DNA from: Bacillota bacterium
GTDB lineage: Bacteria > Bacillota > Clostridia > Acetivibrionales > JANLFN01
DNA length: 64,000 bases
Assembly (NCBI GenBank): GCA_030705825.1
Contig: JAUZPR010000002.1
Coordinates: 6,101 to 70,100, forward strand
Direction: 5' to 3'
Position numbers and translations under genes: made by a program. The notes under the pieces were generated by a model that was not told the origin of the DNA, did not search any database, and saw nothing but the letters and a program-made list of their open reading frames with translations. How positions within the stretch are numbered: the stretch's first letter is position 1; the number at the start of each line of letters is the position of its first letter. Positions 60,055 through 64,000 of the stretch are shown piece after piece.

Positions 60055-60084
60055 CAACAAAATAAGCCTTATCAAATAAGACTT
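60055..60084 (-). terminator. Intrinsic terminator after the spoIIP-small ORF unit
   Basis: Minus strand reads AAGTCTTAT-ttg-ATAAGGCTT (one G-U) followed by ATTTTGTTG. Confidence 0.5.
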
Positions 60085-60101
60085 AAGTGAAGAAATGTCC
60101 C

Positions 60102-60383
60102 TTAGAATATGTTTTTGATAAATTTGATCAGATTTTTATAATCTCGCTGAAGATAATATGTGTTAAGCGTTAGTTTACGGTCAAATATGATAATATCGGT
60201 GTGTGTGCCATCTCTGCTTTGAACATTGAAAACCCCGGTCTTTTTTTCTCCTGATATCATATAATTAACCGAATAATCCGCAACAAAAATCCCTGTTATG
60301 AATAAAGTCAAAACAAAAATCAATGAAATAATATATCTTCTTTTCCTTTTTCTTTTTTCTTTGTACTTTTCCAAACGGCTCAT
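60102..60383 (-). CDS. Small membrane protein downstream of spoIIP (position analogous to B. subtilis yqxA)
   Basis: Lys/Arg-rich N-terminus followed by a single TM (IISLIFVLTLFITGIFV). Start uncertain: 60383, 60401 or 60419. Confidence 0.5.
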   Translation of the reverse strand: MSRLEKYKEKRKRKRRYIISLIFVLTLFITGIFVADYSVNYMISGEKKTGVFNVQSRDGTHTDIIIFDRKLTLNTYYLQRDYKNLIKFIKNIF

Positions 60384-60425
60384 TGGTAAAACCTTACCCA
60401 TTTCAAAATGTAATTCCACTATATA

Positions 60426-61670
60426 TTATTTACCATTTACCACAGTATTAATAGCCTGAGCAACATATTTTGTACTCTCCAGACATTCACTCAGAAGATT
60501 TCCATCCCCCCCTATTTCAATGAGCAGGGAACCATTTGTAACGTGGGTATTATAACGATTGGCCGATAGATCTATTGGTTTAGCCAGTCCGGGGCATATT
60601 TCATTAAGTTTTGCCTGAAGCTTGACTGCGAATTTAAGGTGTTCCTTCCAGTTGGGATTTGGAAGGCCGTTTTGGTCAGTACCAACAACAAACATTATCT
60701 GAGCGGCATTTTTACTTCCTACCTTGGTAACAGCCCTTAGCTTCTCTTTACCTCCGGATGCATCCCTGTGAATATCAAAGGTCATTCCGATAGTAGGATA
60801 GCTTTTCATATAGTTGTTTATTGTAACCAGCGATTTGCTGTAAGCACTGTTAAAGTTGGGTACATCGTGAATTGTTCCGTTGTGAAGAACATTAAAACCA
60901 TATTTTTTTCTTAATATCTGGGCGAGCTCCTCACCCACCCTGACAACACTGTAACGTGGGTCCTGAGTTCTGTTGTCGGTACTGCTCTTTAAATCATTTA
61001 AGCTTTTAACAAAACTTTCGGTTGTATGCGTATGATAAATCAGGATTTGAGGACCCTTTTTGCTGACATTTATATTCAGCGGTTCATTAAGCAGTTTTTC
61101 TATATCTATCTTATATTTTGTCTCATTCAGTATTGTTATCTTGTTGTGTGATATCAAATTGCTCTGTGATTGATCCTTTTTATCTTCATCCTCATTTTCA
61201 TCATAGGTTATGCTGCTTGCGTCTGTTTTTAACTGAGTTGCATCATTTTGAGGCTGATCTGTTTGTGTTTTACCGAGATCGGGTTCCTTTTCATTTTGTG
61301 CCAGATATTGCTTGTAATCATTATTGTAATAACTGTACATGAGCAGCGATTGTGCATTTAATACAGTTTCAGGTTTATTCAGATCGAAGTTGAAAATACC
61401 CCCTATAAGGTTTTCAATTTCACCAAGAATTGAAGTACTTGCATTTCCGTTGTTATAGACAGTATCAATTAAAGGAATGGTATCGTTGAAGGTACTCTTA
61501 AGCACCCCGACGTCAATATTTTGGACCGTAGAAAAATCCATGCTGAATAAAAAGTTTCCACCTGTCACTCCGGTCATTATGGCTAAACAGGCTAATAAAC
61601 AAAAGATTAATATTTTAGTTGATTTAACTGCAATTTCTTTATAAATCCTTTTCCTGTTTCCGCTGTGCAT
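60426..61670 (-). CDS. spoIIP: Stage II sporulation protein P
   Basis: N-terminal TM and a SpoIIP amidase-like domain (ILIYHTHTTESF, FDIHRD). Confidence 0.9.
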   Translation of the reverse strand: MHSGNRKRIYKEIAVKSTKILIFCLLACLAIMTGVTGGNFLFSMDFSTVQNIDVGVLKSTFNDTIPLIDTVYNNGNASTSILGEIENLIGGIFNFDLNKPETVLNAQSLLMYSYYNNDYKQYLAQNEKEPDLGKTQTDQPQNDATQLKTDASSITYDENEDEDKKDQSQSNLISHNKITILNETKYKIDIEKLLNEPLNINVSKKGPQILIYHTHTTESFVKSLNDLKSSTDNRTQDPRYSVVRVGEELAQILRKKYGFNVLHNGTIHDVPNFNSAYSKSLVTINNYMKSYPTIGMTFDIHRDASGGKEKLRAVTKVGSKNAAQIMFVVGTDQNGLPNPNWKEHLKFAVKLQAKLNEICPGLAKPIDLSANRYNTHVTNGSLLIEIGGDGNLLSECLESTKYVAQAINTVVNGK

Positions 61671-61968
61671 TTTATCACCCTTTATCCCTTTAAGTAGCGC
61701 AATATAATAAACAACATACGATTCATAATATTCCTGCGGAAACTACATTATGACAATCTTTAATACAACGGATCCTGTTACCTTGGATAAAAACAGCATC
61801 CGGGTTAACTTACATAAGAATATAATGATTTATATTTCCGGTATTTAATTTCCCGAATGTTGGTCAGCTGATTATAAAATAAGAATATTTCCGACTATCC
61901 TACAATATACTGTTAATGCTGTTTTTAAATTTTGATAGGATCAGTATTTGAAGGGGGGCAAGAAAGGT

Positions 61969-62175
61969 ATGCAAAATATTAAATCTTTGAAATGCTGCAG
62001 CTGTAAATCAGTTATCCTGAACCTACCGGAGACGGAAATTAGCAAATTAAACGGTCTCACATTTTTATGTGAATGCTGTGGGCATCGTAATATTCTTACC
62101 AAGTTCAAGTTCAGAAAAGGCAAGGAATCCGATCCACTGTTGAATATTTTCAGTGTCGAAAGCTTCGTGGACTAA
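61969..62175 (+). CDS. Small zinc-ribbon-like protein (CxxC...CxxC)
   Basis: MQNIKSLKCCSCKSV...FLCECCGHRN has two Cys pairs. Start ambiguous: ATG at 61969 or TTG at 61948. Confidence 0.45.
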   Translation: MQNIKSLKCCSCKSVILNLPETEISKLNGLTFLCECCGHRNILTKFKFRKGKESDPLLNIFSVESFVD

Positions 62176-62370
62176 TTATAATGTTAAAATGCCTTATTAC
62201 GTTAATCCAATTTATTATTGTTGATTTATTCTCTTCCTGCATCTATAATGTTTATGACAAGCAAGCCACCTGATATAAGTTTGAATATATCCGGAATGGC
62301 CTGCCGGTAAATTAAAAATATATTCCCGGATATATTAATAGTAAGTAAATAAATTGCATGGGAGAATGAC

Positions 62371-62535
62371 ATGGGAGCAAATCTTTTCATCGTTATAGGT
62401 GCTATTGCCATATTTGTACTTTTAGGTGTCGGTATGAGTATGTCAATAAAGAAACACGATAAAATGGCAAAGCAAGCCAAAAAGAAAAAGGGTAGAAACA
62501 AGTATATGCCGGTTTCCAGAAGGCCGGGCAGATAA
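62371..62535 (+). CDS. Small membrane protein (54 aa), below the ORF-track cutoff
   Basis: Hand translation: MGANLFIVIGAIAIFVLLGVGMSMSIKKHDKMAKQAKKKKGRNKYMPVSRRPGR. GGGAGA RBS 5 nt upstream, followed directly by a strong terminator. Preferred over the antisense 91-aa track ORF. Confidence 0.5.
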   Translation: MGANLFIVIGAIAIFVLLGVGMSMSIKKHDKMAKQAKKKKGRNKYMPVSRRPGR

Positions 62536-62540
62536 CAAGC

Positions 62541-62571
62541 AAAAAAAGGGTCATATAAATGACCCTTTTTT
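62541..62571. terminator. Bidirectional intrinsic terminator
   Basis: AAAAAAA-GGGTCAT-ataa-ATGACCC-TTTTTT, between convergent genes. Confidence 0.85.
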
Positions 62572-62584
62572 AGTTTAGTAATTA

Positions 62585-64000
62585 TTATTTAAGCTCGGAA
62601 TATACCGCTTCTTCAGGATTGTCCAGGTTCTCATCCAAATAACCTTTATTGAGGTTTTTAAATGCTACCGAAAGCATAAGTTTTATTCTGTTAAGCTGAT
62701 TAACTTCACTGGCCCCCGGGTCATAATCCACCGGTACAATATTTGCCTGGGTATAATTTCGCCTCAATTCCTTTATCATTCCCTTTCCGGTTATATGGTT
62801 CGGGAGGCATGCAAAGGGCTGCATGCAAATTATATTGGGCACACCGCTTTTTATAAGTTCAACCATTTCAGCTGTAAGGAACCAACCCTCTCCCGTCTGA
62901 TTACCGAGAGAAAGTATTTTCGATGCGCCCTCGGCAAGTTCATAAATACTGCTGGGTGGCGAAAATCTTTTGCTCCTTTTCAGTGCCTTCTTCATGCCCC
63001 TCCTGTAAAATTCAACAGCCATAATACCTGCTTTACCCGCAATATACCTTGAAATACCCCATGAAAGATATTTGTATTTATATGTAGCATTGAAGCAGCA
63101 GTAAAGAAGGAAGTCGGTCAAATCTGGCATTACCGCTTCTGCCCCTTCTCTTTCTATGGTTTCCACAACATTATTGTTTGCAGTCGGATGAAACTTAACC
63201 AAAATTTCTCCAACCAGACCAACTTTGGGTTTTTCCTTATCAATTATTTCTATATTGTCAAAGTCCTGAACCATATTACTTATGTTTTTGTTAAATTCCC
63301 GCAAACCTGCCTTTTTCAGGGATTTCTTGCAGCTTTCGGCCCATTTGTCATGCAGAAGGTTTGCAGACCCTTCTATTTTTTCATAAGGTCTGACCTTATA
63401 AAGCACCCTCATTAATACATCACCATATATCAAAGCCATCAAAGCTCTATTGGCAAGGCCCAGACTCATTTTAAACCCAGGATTGTTTTCCAGTCCCATT
63501 GCATTAAGAGAAATGACCGGTATATTTGCAAATCCGGCATCTTTCAATGCCTTTCTTATAAAGCCAATATAATTGGTAGCCCTGCATCCGCCTCCGGTTT
63601 GTGATATTATCACCGAAGTATTGTTAATATCATATCTTCCGGATTTTAAAGCTTCAACCAACTGTCCTGTAACCAGAATCGAAGGGTAACAGGCATCGTT
63701 ATTTACATGCTTCAGCCCTTCTTCTACAGCTCCCTTATCGGTGGACGGAAGTACTTCCAGGTTATAACCTGAAAGTCTGAAAGCTTCCTGCAGAAATTGA
63801 AAATGTATCGGGGACATTTGGGGTGCAAGGATGGTGTGGCTCTTCCTCATTTCTTTTGTAAAAGCAACCTTCCTGCATGTTGAATCTCCCTTCGATAGAC
63901 TGAAGCCAAGCTTTTCCCTTTCTTTCAATGCAGCTTTCAATGAACGTATACGTATTCTTGCAGCTCCAAGATTATTTCCTTCATCTATTTTCAAAGTAGT
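62585..64000 (-). CDS. CoA-enzyme activase / 2-hydroxyacyl-CoA dehydratase-related protein, C-terminal part (gene continues past window end)
   Basis: Open to the window edge. The C-terminal region resembles the dehydratase-like/DUF2229 part of large BadF/BcrA-type activase fusion proteins. Assigned from recalled family features only. Confidence 0.55.
   Translation of the reverse strand, partial: TTLKIDEGNNLGAARIRIRSLKAALKEREKLGFSLSKGDSTCRKVAFTKEMRKSHTILAPQMSPIHFQFLQEAFRLSGYNLEVLPSTDKGAVEEGLKHVNNDACYPSILVTGQLVEALKSGRYDINNTSVIISQTGGGCRATNYIGFIRKALKDAGFANIPVISLNAMGLENNPGFKMSLGLANRALMALIYGDVLMRVLYKVRPYEKIEGSANLLHDKWAESCKKSLKKAGLREFNKNISNMVQDFDNIEIIDKEKPKVGLVGEILVKFHPTANNNVVETIEREGAEAVMPDLTDFLLYCCFNATYKYKYLSWGISRYIAGKAGIMAVEFYRRGMKKALKRSKRFSPPSSIYELAEGASKILSLGNQTGEGWFLTAEMVELIKSGVPNIICMQPFACLPNHITGKGMIKELRRNYTQANIVPVDYDPGASEVNQLNRIKLMLSVAFKNLNKGYLDENLDNPEEAVYSELK

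Noticed and set aside
62226-62501. 91-aa minus-strand ORF
   Set aside because: It overlaps a plus-strand 54-aa ORF that has a proper RBS and an immediately following terminator. The minus ORF lacks an RBS and looks like an antisense frame.
1-64000. Defence islands, prophage, integrative elements, toxin-antitoxin pairs
   Set aside because: I recognised no integrase, transposase, recombinase, restriction-modification, cas, Abi-type nuclease or phage structural genes. No tRNA-flanked boundaries or direct-repeat att-like sites were seen. The window reads as core chromosome plus metabolic accessory genes.

Overview
This is an AT-rich chromosomal segment from a spore-forming Firmicute, probably class Clostridia. 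The markers are SASP, gpr, spoIIP, a CwlD-like amidase, PPDK and a type III glutamine synthetase. Almost all genes are on the minus strand. I saw no rRNA, tRNA, CRISPR array, transposase, integrase or phage genes.

Gene content by region:
- 1-1.2 kb: 5' part of ligA and an M50-like membrane peptidase.
- 1.4-16.3 kb: a co-directional catabolic cluster. It encodes hbd, a CdaR regulator, an acyl-CoA synthetase, a CoA-transferase, an SDR, an MBL lactonase-like hydrolase, a sugar-type ABC importer, a thiolase and glycerate kinase.
- 16.4-22.6 kb: amidase, gpr, rpsT, holA, comEC.
- 22.7-31 kb: an NlpC/P60 hydrolase behind a c-di-AMP (ydaO-type) riboswitch, then GNAT, SASP, DUF72, a two-component system, HAD, YmaF and a transglutaminase-like protein.
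- 31-44 kb: glnN behind a terminator/antiterminator leader; an FMN riboswitch with ribU; a stand-alone fabF with an AraC regulator; ppdK; and a CPBP-DUF2975-HTH operon.
- 44-62 kb: housekeeping blocks. These are glyQS-coaBC-rpoZ-gmk-remA-yicC, then cheY-rsmE-prmA-dnaJ-dnaK-grpE-hrcA (perfect CIRCE)-hemW-lepA-spoIIP.
- 62.6-64 kb: 3' part of a CoA-enzyme-activase/dehydratase-like gene.

Most interesting observations:
1. The gene content of the CdaR-linked cluster fits a CoA-thioester route for a 2-deoxy sugar or sugar acid ending in glycerate. This assignment is inference only.
2. Three intergenic regions carry phased AGTTNNN-type heptamer arrays. Each array starts 0-3 nt after a stop codon (rpoZ, dnaJ, lepA) and faces a partly complementary array next to the following gene.
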